The notes under the pieces were generated by a model. It saw only the letters and a list, made by a program, of their open reading frames with translations, was not told the origin of the DNA and searched no databases. A DNA stretch of 64,000 nucleotides from Perkinsus chesapeaki ATCC PRA-425. Taxonomy: Eukaryota; Protista; Perkinsozoa. Both the position numbers and the translations under genes were made by a program. Where the stretch lies: positions 3,918 to 67,917 of the forward strand of contig JAAPAO010000126.1 of assembly GCA_013115145.1 (NCBI GenBank), read 5' to 3'. The stretch's first letter is position 1, and each line of letters opens with the position of its first letter. Positions 51,040 through 63,696 of the stretch are shown here, in pieces.

Positions 51040-52952
51040 TTATAGGCCTTCCCACCAGTCAACATATTCCAACTTGGAGCTCATTTCCGCCCCTAAGAGA
51101 ATCACAGCAAATGAGCTTACTCAGATACCGAGAGCTTACGAAGTGTCTCTGTGGCACAGGCTAAGATCTGTCTCCGATGGAGGAAGTCCTCTGGCATCTC
51201 CCCGTTGAGAAGGCTATAGCATCCCCCAGCCTCAGACAGGATAAGCAGGCCGGCTGCGATGTCCCATTCCTTGATGCCCAACTCAAAGTAACTGAAACGG
51301 ATGCAATCAATGGCGGGTTTGAAGTTGAGAAGGATGATTATTATAAAATGAAGGAACACGGGATGCCCAATGAGTTCTTGTCCAAATACTTTCAATCTCA
51401 TATCTAGCATTTAGTAACGGAACACATATCTACTGTATATCATTCTAGAGATCCAATACCTTCCGCTGTCCCGCCCCAGTATTCGAAGCTACCACCATCA
51501 CAGTCACCTAAAGCTTCATGAACGACGCTTCAGAGACAGGGATATACCCTTGTTGTGAAACGGTCGAAAGATTTTCTCTCACCAGTCTTCTCGGCCCATA
51601 GCAACGTAACACAGATCGATGGCTGCACTGCCAACCCTTCTGATATCCCTTGAATTATACCTGAGCATGCCAATAAAGTACTATACTCTGACAACGAGCC
51701 TGGCAGCTTACATCAACATACGATGATTCTTGCACACAGCATCAGCGATGCGCTTGGCACCTGGAAAGGAAAGACCTTCGAGGAGACAGTTAAGCCCCTT
51801 TAGATGTGCACAGAGAATAATTGCACGGTTGTTTATCCGGATAAAGCGTAATATTGTCGGTACCGATATATTTATCGCTTCTAATCATGTTTAATAATTT
51901 TCATCTTATCAAACTCATCGGCAGATATCCCCGCACCTACGTTCAGTGTCCTTTTGATCGCTTCTTAACAGAGGCACGTTGTAGCCCAAACCTGAGGAGG
52001 TATGTCGGCAACCTCGTACAACTCTACCAACCCAGCTTACTAACAAGAGCATCACCAAGCTGCTCCCTGCCGGAGGTTTGAATCCTGACAGGCTCGGAGG
52101 AGTCGGGCGAAATGTAGTAAGATCCTTCCCCAATGGATGCATACCACGACTGTGAAACAACAAACTAGTCGTATATCAGAAAAGTCACGCGCCGCAAAAT
52201 ACCTCATTCGTGATCGGATTGTGTATACATGCAAGCTTGATCTCTTTGTCAACCGCATAGGCGATAGCTGAAAAATCCAAGTCGATAAAACTCACCGAAG
52301 CATCATCATTATGAGACTTACAAGATGCACATTGCGGAAAAGTGCACACGAAGTTGGTGGTGCCTGAGCCAGAAGTGAGGAGTTGATGACTGGAGGCGGC
52401 CTACCATCGATTGGGTCAATGATCCATGTTGGATAGGAGGACAACACGTCCTCATCCTGAGCCGACTCCTCCGCCAAAAACTTGTGACTGAAAATATCTC
52501 ATCAAGGAAAGTGGGCAATTTGAGGCTCACTTCGGAAAGGATTCGGAGATGGTGTTGATGAGGAACTTCTCCACACTAACATCGGTCTCCGTCACCTGAA
52601 CGACACATTGCTCGGTGAAGCCTGTCGGGAAACGAACCAAAGGAGTCTCAACGAAGTCAGCACATGCTGTCTACCGGATACGAAACAAAGCATTCCCTGA
52701 CGGACTGCCAATCCGGGGGACAACACACAATTATGTGGCGCGTGAAACTTAGGTGCGTAGTTGTCACAACGAGGCAAATGAATGAGTTAAATAATAAACG
52801 GGCATCCAAGCTACCAGATCGGCCGCCGAGACTTTGCAATCGATGTGCTTGGTCCTGTGAAAACCTTCTTTTATCAGCTTCCCTGCCTCCCGTGATATCT
52901 GTATAACATAATCGATCGTTGGCTCGGCGGCAGCAGCGGAGGAAGCTGGCAT
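51040..52952 (-). CDS. IMPA: Inositol monophosphatase
   Basis: AADLVTETD, FLAEES, TWIIDPIDGTTNF, EWDIAAGLLILSEAGG. Confidence 0.95.
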
Positions 52953-53420
52953 TGGGACAGGAAAAGAAAATCTACCATGAAGAGCAAACTGCAACTGGGA
53001 GCAACCACTCAACGGTGCACATGAACCTAAACCAAGTGGCCCACCTGAGGTTACTGCAATGGAGGCTCTCCTGAAAATTGGTGTTATCGGGATTTAGATA
53101 CGTGAATCACGGTGAGCCGCTAGAGCTAAGACAACCTTCGTTGAAGATTAAGTCACAGTAGTTGCCAGAGCTGCAGAGTTAATCTGCTGAACTGAGCCCA
53201 GTCATGGGACGCTCATGCAAGATAGATTGATCCGAGCTCAACAGGTGATACATTATACAGTATGAGACATTATTATTATCAATGTTTATAGTCAGTATAG
53301 AACTTGCACAGATGGGTTCAGGGCAGAAAACGAGGAGAAGGCGACTATGGCGGTAGAATTGATAGTAAAATGGACTTTTGGTGATGACTTATCAATCCAA
53401 CCGGCAGAGGTCAATGCACG

Positions 53421-56400
53421 TTAAGATGAAGACATCCCTCGGTGGAAGTGTGGCTGACTGTCAACTTCTTTCTGGGTCGGCATTCGCTCGTTTTCAAGGT
53501 CCATCGATCGGGCCTCGGCAAATTTCTGCAGTTCATTCTTCAAAGCATCACGACCAGATAATAATAAACCCGGTGCTAACCTGGTAATATAAATATAATT
53601 AATATCAATAAATATATTATAACCTATGTCCTGGGCATACACCTTTAAGATTGATAATAGTCTCATTCTCTTCTCTAAGGGTTTTAAACATAAGCATCAT
53701 TCTACTTACCTAAATTAATAATATTAATAACATCATATATACTGTTACAGTCTGTATCTTCTTCCTCATACGGTCTGCCTTCTCCTTAGATATAGCCTTT
53801 CCACTAGCTTCAGCTTCTCTACCTAAACCATATCAGCTCCACCCCTCTCCTACCAGTCAGCACCAGCAGCACCAATCCTCCAACTACTACCTCTACCATT
53901 AGTACTACTTTTCTCAATAGCTTTGGCCCCCTCGGCCATCATATGTTGATGAAGGCGTGCTGCTAGCGACACGGATTTATTCTGACAACAACGGCACAAG
54001 ATTCCACAGCCCGATTACGTACACCCGAGATCCACCAGTAGCTTATTCCAGTCCGACTGCCCGAGCCAAACCGCAGGGCAATCTTTAATGCTCATACCAA
54101 ACGAGATGACTACGTTCCCTGTACTGTGCCCTACACAGTACTGGTTTACCATACAGTAGAAAATGTAAAACCGTACCACTGGATACTATAAATTCCGTCT
54201 GGGCTTCCGGTCTCTGTGTAGTTTCCACTATCAGTTAAGTTGCACTAGTACTACTACTACCACGACGACCGGTACAACTCTATGATGCCTCATAAGCCCT
54301 ATAACCTTATTACTTGCTCCTCCGACAAGCTTGCCAATCGCGCAAGTTTGAGCTGTTGGAGATCGGCCTGTGGCAGTTGAGGGAGTTCCGCGTCAGCTAC
54401 ATCGGGAGCACGAGCGTACTGAGTAAGGAACAGCGTGAGTGTTCATGGAAAGTATTGAATAGCTACATCTCCTGACTCGTTCTGAGGATTGAGGATGTAG
54501 AATAACATCTCAGTTATCTTTTCCGCTACAAATGGCATAGACCAGGCAAATACATCCATAAAGTTAGGTAGATGATATCTATTTAATAATAATCATTAAT
54601 TATAATAATAATATCACTTACGGATGCTTAGTGAAGTTGAATTGTAATATGTTCAAAGTATTATTTTCAAACTTCAATACCGCTCCCTAAAATAATATTA
54701 TATTTTATATTTATAATATATATTACCTTATTATTATAAACATCACAATAATTAGGTGCTGAGAATATAGTAATAACAGATGGGAATCCTGTTGCCTCAT
54801 TCGTTCCTGAATAGAGGTCACTACAGTAAAGCGATTAACACTAGTCAAAGCTTTCCTCAGTAAAATCACAGTTCAGACGAGGGTGTCTCACTGACGAGGA
54901 GACCACCGTGCTCTTTCGATAAGGCCACTCTCTGGGCGCTGCTACTGATCTGGTCGATTATATAGTCATTTCGGCACAGACTTTCCGGAGACCGACGCCA
55001 AGAGACCTAGTCTATATTAAACCACTTTGGTTCATGTTTACCATAAGTAACTCATCACCTTGGATGCGCAAGTTGAGCTCTAAAATATCTTTATCCCGCC
55101 TCCCCTATTATTACTATGCATTTTATATCCCTCCAACTGTGCCTCATGTGCTCTAATAACTGACAATAATCTGACCAGCGAATCCCCATCCACTTTACAC
55201 TCCACAAATCGTACGAATTTTTCCCTAAGAACTTCGTCGCGGCCTCATAAGTGTAAAAGAAGCTGCAACCACGGACCTACCAACAGCGGAATGATATCAC
55301 TGCCGCCAGCACTACTACGTCATTTGGAACGAAGGATTTCTCCTTGGACCTAAATGCTACTGGGCCTTCCTTCTCCTCCTCTGGATCGCTCCACAATATA
55401 TCACTAGGGTAATTAGTAAGGGAGAGACAAGGCTTTATGAAATAGTACCAAAAAAGACCTTGTCGAGGAGGCTCTTGAAATCGGTTAATATTGTTGAAGT
55501 CATTAAGGGTATTCAAATCAGGTGACAAACCGCCGTGGATACAGAGGAATTTCCCTGAAGGGTCAACGATAAAAGGCTGAGAGGAGTAAGGCGCTACCGT
55601 TGACAACAGCAGCAAGCGGCAGACTATCGAAGGACTCCATAAACAACTCGTAGACAGTTAGGTTGTACTTGTATCTGCAAATCGATCAGATGGCACGCCT
55701 ATCAACCTTGTGAGAATCTTTAGACGCACCAATGACGGATATAAGATTCACAGACTTAGGAAGTCGAGTCTCAACCGCTGGTTACCCTTTTACTCGCATT
55801 CATCCCGAAAGTTGAAAAATGCAGTCATTTGGCGACATTCATGATTCCCACGTAATAATGTTATCGTTTTAGGATAATTAATCTTTAATGCGTACCTATT
55901 ATAATATTAAATAATAATATATATAATTATTACAATAATAATAACACTTCAACACTAAAACTACCTCTATCAACATAATCACCAAGGAAGAGATATCTAA
56001 TCAACAACAAATTAATGATGATGAGTTAATAATAATACCGTACTGTGTTGTAGATGGATCACCTCCAACATCCAACAACTTCATTAAATCATAATATCTA
56101 ATAATAATATTATTTATTAATTTATTAATTATTATTACTGTCCATGTATATCCCCAACAACTGTTATTGGATCTTTAAGTTTAACCATATTAGGTTCGGC
56201 TGCACAAAGCTCAGAACACCATTTAACTATTCTATTAATTGATTCAATATACAATCTTCCTTCACCAAACTAATAATAATATAAATAATATATTATTATA
56301 TATATAACTTACTAAATGCTTTTTCAAACATCGCCAATCTGGTGGGGATGTCTCACCACCTGGGAATAGTAACTCTGGTGACAGGGGCTGACAACGAACC

Positions 56401-56499
56401 TCATCTCCTTCCGCGCATACATATCGTTATTACTGCTCTCGGTGGTGGACTAACACTTCTTATCGGTCGATCGTGGAGAGGATCCTTCAATGGTTCCAT
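53421..56499 (-). CDS. CNA: Calcineurin catalytic subunit A (PP2B), tandem copy B, apparently intact
   Basis: [12 protein letters not shown]; GDIHGQ, GDYVDRG, LRGNHE, HGGLSP, SAPNYC; CaM-binding RKKIQT..; autoinhibitory DLENERMP. Confidence 0.93.
55780..56389. repeat. Near-identical AT-rich block shared with 59076-59685 (exons plus introns of calcineurin A)
   Basis: About 610 bp with only a handful of substitutions or indels; similar pairs at 53514-53789/56826-57101 and 54500-54798/57462-57760. Confidence 0.95.
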
Positions 56500-56708
56500 T
56501 CTACTCTCGAAAATAGTACCCAAACTACAGATAACATCTTTTCCCCTTTCCGATGAGCCTCCAAGTCCCCCTGACTTGACAAAATCCCAAACCTTAAGGG
56601 GAATAGTATTCTTTATAACACGACATTTGCTGTATATTAATAATGGATCATCATGGACTACACAATAGCAGAAATCACACATGGTGATGGTGGTGCGAAT
56701 AAAGTGTA

Positions 56709-59700
56709 CTAGGGCGATAGGGTCGGTGAGGCAGGGGACGATCCACCATGCTGGTGAAAGTGAGGTTGACTATTCACTTGTTCTTGGGTCGGCATTCGCT
56801 CGTTTTCGAGGTCCAGATTCTTGACCTCGGCAAATTTCTGCAGTTCATTCTTCAAAGCATCACGACCAGATAATAATAAACCAGGTGCTAACCTGGTAAT
56901 ATAAATATAATTAATATCAATAAATATATTATAACCTATGTCCTGGGCATACACCTTTAAGATTGATAATAGTCTCATTCTCTTCTCTAAGGGTTTTAAA
57001 CATAAGCATCATTCTACTTACCTAAATTAATAATATTAATAATATCATATATATCATTACAGTCTGTATCTTCTTCCTCATACGGTCTGCCTTCTCCTTA
57101 GTCGATTCCTTCACCGGTGACTCAGCCTCCCGACCTGCCTCATACTACCAAATATACCCCATAAACTAGCATTACCTTCCTCAACAACCTTAGCAGCTTC
57201 CGCCATCATATGCTGGTGTAACCGCGCCGCCAATGACACCGATGCATTCTGAGGTTCTCTCCATTCCCAACAGAGACCCAACCCACAACTACCTGCTCCT
57301 CAGAAAGACTTGCAGATCTCGCCAAGTTGAGCTGCTTCACATCAGCCTGTGGCAAATCGGGCAGTTCTAGCTCGGATACCTCAGTGTCTTGGGAGCCCTG
57401 CTGGAACCGTGCAACGGTAGAGGAAAAACAAGGCCACTACAGCCTGTGGCTTCAGTAGATGGAATAACATCTCAGTTATCTTTTCTGCTACAAATGGCAT
57501 AGACCAGGCAAACACATCCATAAAGTTAGGTAGATGATATCTATTTAATAATAATTATTAATTATAATAATAATATCACTTACGGATGCTTAGTGAAGTT
57601 GAATTGTAATATGTTTAAAGTATTATTCTCAAACTTCAATACCGCACCCTAAAATAATATTATATTTTATATTAATAATATATATTACCTTATTATTATA
57701 AACATCACAATAATTAGGTGCCGAGAATATAGTAATAACAGATGGGAACCCTGTTGCCTCTATCTTTTCTAAATACAAGTAATACACTAACTACATCCAC
57801 ATGTGCTTCCCAAATACATGCTATCTGCCACTCGAGAAAGCCATCTTTCGCCCAACCACTACGGAAAATATCCACTTAGATTCTAGAAGCTACAAATGGC
57901 GACGAGACTCTCGTGAAATGCGCGAAGATTTTTCATTTCTTATCAACAGAAGGAGGCATCCACAGGCGTGGCCCAAATAACCACTGATAAATCACTTCAC
58001 TTGGTTAACCACTTTGCAATCGTGTATCGTTTATATGTAGGCTAATAGGATTATATTATTGAACAAGAGATCTAGCCATCACTTGGCTAGCAAGTAAAGT
58101 GCGGCTCGAACCGTTTGCCGTCTTGGACCGAGTCGTAGCGTGAAGTCGACATGTGAACTAGAGTCTATATTTCCTCAACGAGTTAATATAGATTGTAAGT
58201 AGCTCCTTCCAAAGTAAGCCACCGAGTTGCCCAAAGTCAATGATGATCGAGAGCTCCCTACTGACCCCCCTTTATTATTACTATGCATTTTATATCCCTC
58301 CAACTGTGCCTCATGTGCTCTAATAACTGACAGTAATCTGATCAGCAAATCCTGTAAATAGTGAAGGGACAACTAAGGAGTAGCTACGAGTTCTTCCCTA
58401 GGAATTTACTAGTGCCGTCAAAGGTGAAGAAGTAGCTACATCCACGCACCTAGCATCAGTAGCACAGTAACCAAGGCTAAACCCATTGAGCTACGTCGTT
58501 GTGGACGAATGGTACTTCGTGCCCTTTCGATGATGCTCCCTCGACTTGCTCCTTCTCAGGGTCACTCCATAGAATGTCACTAGTAACACTATAACGGTAG
58601 TAAAACCAAGTGTTCTAGTACCAAACGATTCCCTGTCGAGGAGGCTCTTGGAATCTATTTATATTATTGAAGTCACCTAGACCACTGAGCTCCGGGGATA
58701 GGCCTCCGTGAACACACAAGAATTTGCCTGGAAAATACCTGTATCCTGTATCGGTGGCGTCTTACACTACCGTTAACAACAGCAGCAAGGGGCAGGTTGT
58801 CGAAGGACCCCATAAACAACTCGTAGACACTCATATTGTGCTTGTACCTGGTCAGAGAAGCATCCAATCCGAGGTTCCTCAAAAATGGCATCTCCGTAAT
58901 GAGAAGGTGCAATAGGAAGTTTAATAGGAAATCGGAATCTCCTGCGAACAGTTGACGTTCCTCTATGACCCCCTGTACGTAGTGGCTTGGGTGATCGATA
59001 CAAACAACGTTATTGATGGTCCATTGCGAAGACCGCGAGATCTATCCCACATCGGCCGACCGGACATCAGCCGCAGGTTACCCTTTTACTCGCATTCATC
59101 CCGAAAGTTGAAGTATGCAGTCATTTGGCGACATTCATGATTCCCACGTAATAATGTTATCGTTTTAGGATAATTAATCTTCAATGCGTACCTATTATAA
59201 TATTAAATAATAATATATATAATTATTACAATAATAATAACACTTCAACACTAAAACTACCTCTATCAACATAATCACCAAGGAAGAGATATCTAATCAA
59301 CAACAAATTAATGATGATGAGTTAATAATAATACCGTACTGTGTTGTAGATGGATCACCTCCAACATCCAACAACTTCATTAAATCATAATATCTAATAA
59401 TAATATTATTTATTAATATATTATTTATTATTACTGTCCATGTATATCCCCAACAACTGTTATTGGATCTTTAAGTTTAACCATATTAGGTTCGGCTGCA
59501 CAAAGCTCAGAACACCATTTAACTATTCTATTAATTGATTCAATATACAATCTTCCCTCACCAAACTAATAATAATATAAATAATATAATATTATATATA
59601 TAACTTACTAAATGCTTTTTCAAACATCGCCAATCTGGTGGGGATGTCTCACCATCCGGGAATAGTAACTTCGGTGACAGGGGCTAACATTGATCGAATG

Positions 59701-59796
59701 AGTGCCGGGAGCAGACCTTGTCATTATTACTGCCCCAGGAGGTGCACTGACTGATGCAACTGGCCGATCGCTTAAAGGGTCCTTTAAGGGTTCCAT
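56709..59796 (-). CDS. CNA: Calcineurin catalytic subunit A (PP2B), tandem copy A, apparently intact
   Basis: [12 protein letters not shown]; same catalytic, CaM-binding and autoinhibitory motifs and same intron positions as copy B. Confidence 0.93.
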
Positions 59797-60734
59797 TTAA
59801 CCAAAGTCACTATGGACCATTTATCGATTCGGCGAAGCTTGTCCCCAGGGCAAGTGAAGACTGATAAACTATCACAGTGGGGAATATATGGAAGATGATA
59901 TATTTCATATCGGGATTAGCATTCGTCAAGGACTTCCCCGAGTTGTTATTCGGAAAGTTAGGCTCCCTAGTCACTTCACTTTCGAGCCACTAAAGCTGCT
60001 ACACAGGGCGAGCGAGGGTTATTCTGCGCAAAGTTCAACAACCTTGGCCCAAGATGCCGCCTATTGCCTCCGCATCAAAGCTTTCAATCTTGACTTCGTA
60101 GCTTAAAATATACCTCTGGGACAGAGCACGATATTGCAGTAAAGTCTGGACTGTATGTCGCTCGCACAACTGTTGCGCTGCGCCTTCCCGATGTAGTTTT
60201 AACAGACCTGCCGTAGGTCATCTAAACCGCAAATCTCCAATGGTTATCTCAGTCATCTCGTAACATAGTCCCTAATGCTTGCCTGAAGGGCTCTCTTATG
60301 TGAATCTGCACGCGTGCGCAGTTGCAGGAAGGTTTGTGGCTGAATATCTGAGGTCGACCCACGGCTCTAGACCCATGTGTGTTAGGACGTCCCATATCCT
60401 TTCCTCAGGTTCGTAACACATTGAACGCCCTAACGTATTGAACTCCTAGCTTAGGAGCTCCAAGGGTTTCAGGAACCTTGTCGAATGGTCCCCTTCCCAG
60501 GTCGCTTGGACTAGTATCTAAAATCTATGCGTGGAGCGTAACCTCTGTAAACCCCGAAAGCCGAAAACCACAATAATAAAGCTGAATGGGCTTCTTGAAG
60601 AATAGTGCGCTTTGAAGTCTGAGCTGAATTCCATCGTTTTCGGTGCTACTAACCGATTTGGTGAAGTCTAATGCTGGACAGTAGCGTTCAAGTTGCTGAG
60701 AAAATGGGTTGAGTGTCAGGTTTTACCCCCCTCA

Positions 60735-61877
60735 ATGGCAGCATTACTACGCACTATTGGGGCAGCTGTAGCGGCTTTGGCTGCTATATTTTTCGGCGTG
60801 TGCTTTACCTTCGACATGGAGGCATCTCGTGGGTATTTGCCTATCCTGTGGAGAGCGGTGTTGAATAGTTGTCGCTCCTGCAACCGAGCTCATGTAGAGG
60901 ATTACACCCAATATGATATCCCATCTAATCTATCTGATAAGGTTATTCTTATTACAGGAGCATCAAGTGGTATTGGTTATCAATCTGCTAAGTTATTATC
61001 ATCTCGTGGTGCTAAAGTTATATTGGGTATCAGAGGTACAAGACAAAGATTAGATAATATAACACAATCTATACCTGGTCAAGTATTAGCTCCAGCACCT
61101 TTGAATCTGAGTGACTACAGCAGTATAAGGGATTTCGTCAAAGCCTTACCCACGGCCGATATCAACCATCTCGATATCCTCATCCTGAATGCCGGCAAGA
61201 GGGCCATGACATTCACTACTAACTCAGATGGCGTTGAATGGATGCTCGCCGCACACCATCTTGGTCATGCCTATCTTTTCGAGCTTCTAACACCTTTGGC
61301 ATTGCGCGCTCCTGGAGAAGTCCGCGTCGTCCTGACTGCGAGTGTTGCACATATGTGGCCTTATCCCGAGGGAGTTCGCTATAAGGACACTGAGGAAGGC
61401 TTCAAGTCAAACAACGCTTATGGGACCAGTAAGCTGGCGAATATCTTGTATGGCCGCGAACTGGCCAAGCGTATGGAGAAGGCACATCCTCACAAATTTG
61501 TGGTCGCCTCTGCTAACCCAGGAGCGGTCCATACCGAATTCTCCGACATGGTTCGTAATTTCCCCAACTGGGTGGCATACAACGCCAGTGTGGGGGCGAT
61601 GCCGGTCCTCAGGGCAGCAGTCGATGCAAATGTCACCACAGATGGGTGAGTTTAACTGCGCTGCATTTTCTTCAGGTCGGCCTATATTGGTGGTAGGTAC
61701 TATGTCCCAGTGGGACTGCGAGCCGACTGGAGACGCGATACTGCATACTGGTGGACTTGTAACGAAACACTGCGAGCTGAGTTATGGGAATGGACGCAGA
61801 AGATTCTTTTGAGAACTCACCAAACCGTTGGGGGTGCCGTCCCCGTGAAAGGCTCGCTCATGCTAAGCGACGTGTGA
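60735..61877 (+). CDS. Short-chain dehydrogenase/reductase (retinol dehydrogenase/WWOX-like) with N-terminal anchor, copy 1, 2 exons
   Basis: [28 protein letters not shown] (YxxxK), ANPGAVHT. Confidence 0.92.
60929..61103 (+). repeat. 175-bp AT-rich coding block shared by three SDR paralogs (also 62508-62682 and 63870-64000)
   Basis: Identical except two C/T differences in copy 2. Confidence 0.97.
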
Positions 61878-62316
61878 ATGGCACTACGCTGTAGCCTTTG
61901 TTTTCCTCGTTTAGAGACCATGACAACCAGTCCCCTAGCGATACTTGTTCGTAGTTAGGCGGCTGTCTATTATTTCATTTATTTCTATATATGTGACGTG
62001 TTGCGTTGAGATAGATGCTCTACAAGCTAACCAGCACTCTAAAGATGGTACAACATGCCCGACTGTGATGCCATGTACTCCTCCTCTGCACATCTTACCT
62101 GGTAAAGTTGCTAGGTTGGTCGGTGGTCGTCACCAATCAGCTGCAGCAGGGCCCCTGAAACTCATATTACTCTGTTATTGTTGCTTGCCTATCGTGGTGT
62201 ACACAGCAAATGTGATAACTCTGCACGTAGAGGTTTTGCTACATGACATAAATTATACTATTCACCAAGTATCCTAGTCGTAACTCCGTCCCTTCAATTA
62301 GCGGGTTAATCTTACC

Positions 62317-63466
62317 ATGTCATCCCTCCGCACCATTATAACGTCGCTTCCAGCTATTCTCGGTACCAGTTGGAAGTACCTCTCGGCTCTATTTGGGTAC
62401 GATATTCTCCACGGAGGACTTTTCCTTCTCCGTCAAATGCTCACAACATTTCCCTGCCTTAATTTCTGGCACTATAACGACTACGCCGAGCGGAGGCTCC
62501 CCAGAGATCTATCTGATAAGGTTATTCTTATTACAGGAGCATCAAGCGGTATTGGTTATCAATCCGCTAAGTTATTATCATCTCGTGGTGCTAAAGTTAT
62601 ATTGGGTATCAGAGGTACAAGACAAAGATTAGATAATATAACACAATCTATACCTGGTCAAGTATTAGCTCCAGCACCTTTGGAGCTATCAGATTTCGAT
62701 AGCGTTCGTGAATTCGCCGAGTCCCTCCCCAAAGCTGGTATTGATCATTTGGATATCGTTCTGCTTAATGCTGGTGGAATGGTCGAAGAGTATCGTACCA
62801 ACAAGGAAGGTATCGAATCCATGCTGGCTGGTCATCATCTTGGTCATGCGTATCTCCTCGACCTTCTCATGCCCCTGCTACTACGAAGCTCGTGGAAAGT
62901 TAGAGTTGTAGTCACCAGCAGCCTTGCCCACATTTTCTCATTTCCGGAAGGTGTCCGATATCACATAACGAAAGCCGACTTCTCACCATTTGTCGGATAC
63001 TCTAACAGCAAGCTCGCCAACCTCCTTTATACCAGGGCTCTATCAGCTCATTTGGATATCTCCTATCCGGGCAAGTTTAAAGTCAATGCCGTACATCCCG
63101 GATTTGTTAGAGTTCCTTTAACGGAGAACATGGCCCCTCGTTTTCTAATGTATAACCCCTTAACTGCGGCGCTGACAGTTCTTAGACCAGCATTCGGCGA
63201 AGATGATGAGGAAGGCGACGGGTAGGTTGGATGGACTCTCTGACGGTATCTTCTGGTGGAACGCTCCCTCGGGAGATGGAAGTTAATTGAGTTAAGTCAG
63301 ATACTATCTACCAGTTGGATATCGTGGTGATTGGTATAAAGATTCGGCGTATTGGTGGACATGTAATGATACTATGATAAATGATTTATGGCAATGGACA
63401 AGAAATATTATTAAACAAGTTCATGATAATAGACAAGTACCTCAAGGTTCATTGATGCTGGATTAG
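62317..63466 (+). CDS. SDR paralog copy 2, 2 exons
   Basis: [28 protein letters not shown]; last exon YYLPVG..WWTCN..LWQWT. Confidence 0.92.
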
Positions 63467-63696
63467 GGAGACCACCTGCAACTCTTCATACAGGGGACTC
63501 CTCCTAGTCTCTCTCCTTTTGTGTTTGCCCTCTCCCTCCTTTCATGTGTCCTGCAGTCACATACCATATTCTCACACCAACTCGATACGTGATTCCCACC
63601 ATGAGGCGCAAGACTTTCTAGGATTGCTGTAGTTGTGGAGTTACTAGTGCAGCCAATTCCGTCTTATGCTGCTGTCCCTTAGCTCCAGCCTTTCCT

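Noticed and set aside
52071-52095. GGTTTGAATCC B-box-like motif
   Set aside because: Lies antisense in IMPase coding sequence (RIQTSG); coincidental
58073-58094. tagccatcacttggctagcaag, resembling the dinozoan spliced leader
   Set aside because: Needs two insertions, is a simple palindrome, and has no downstream SL-RNA features; lies antisense in a calcineurin intron
59888-60106. 72-aa ORF in the divergent spacer between calcineurin and the SDR genes
   Set aside because: No motif or splice support; length compatible with chance
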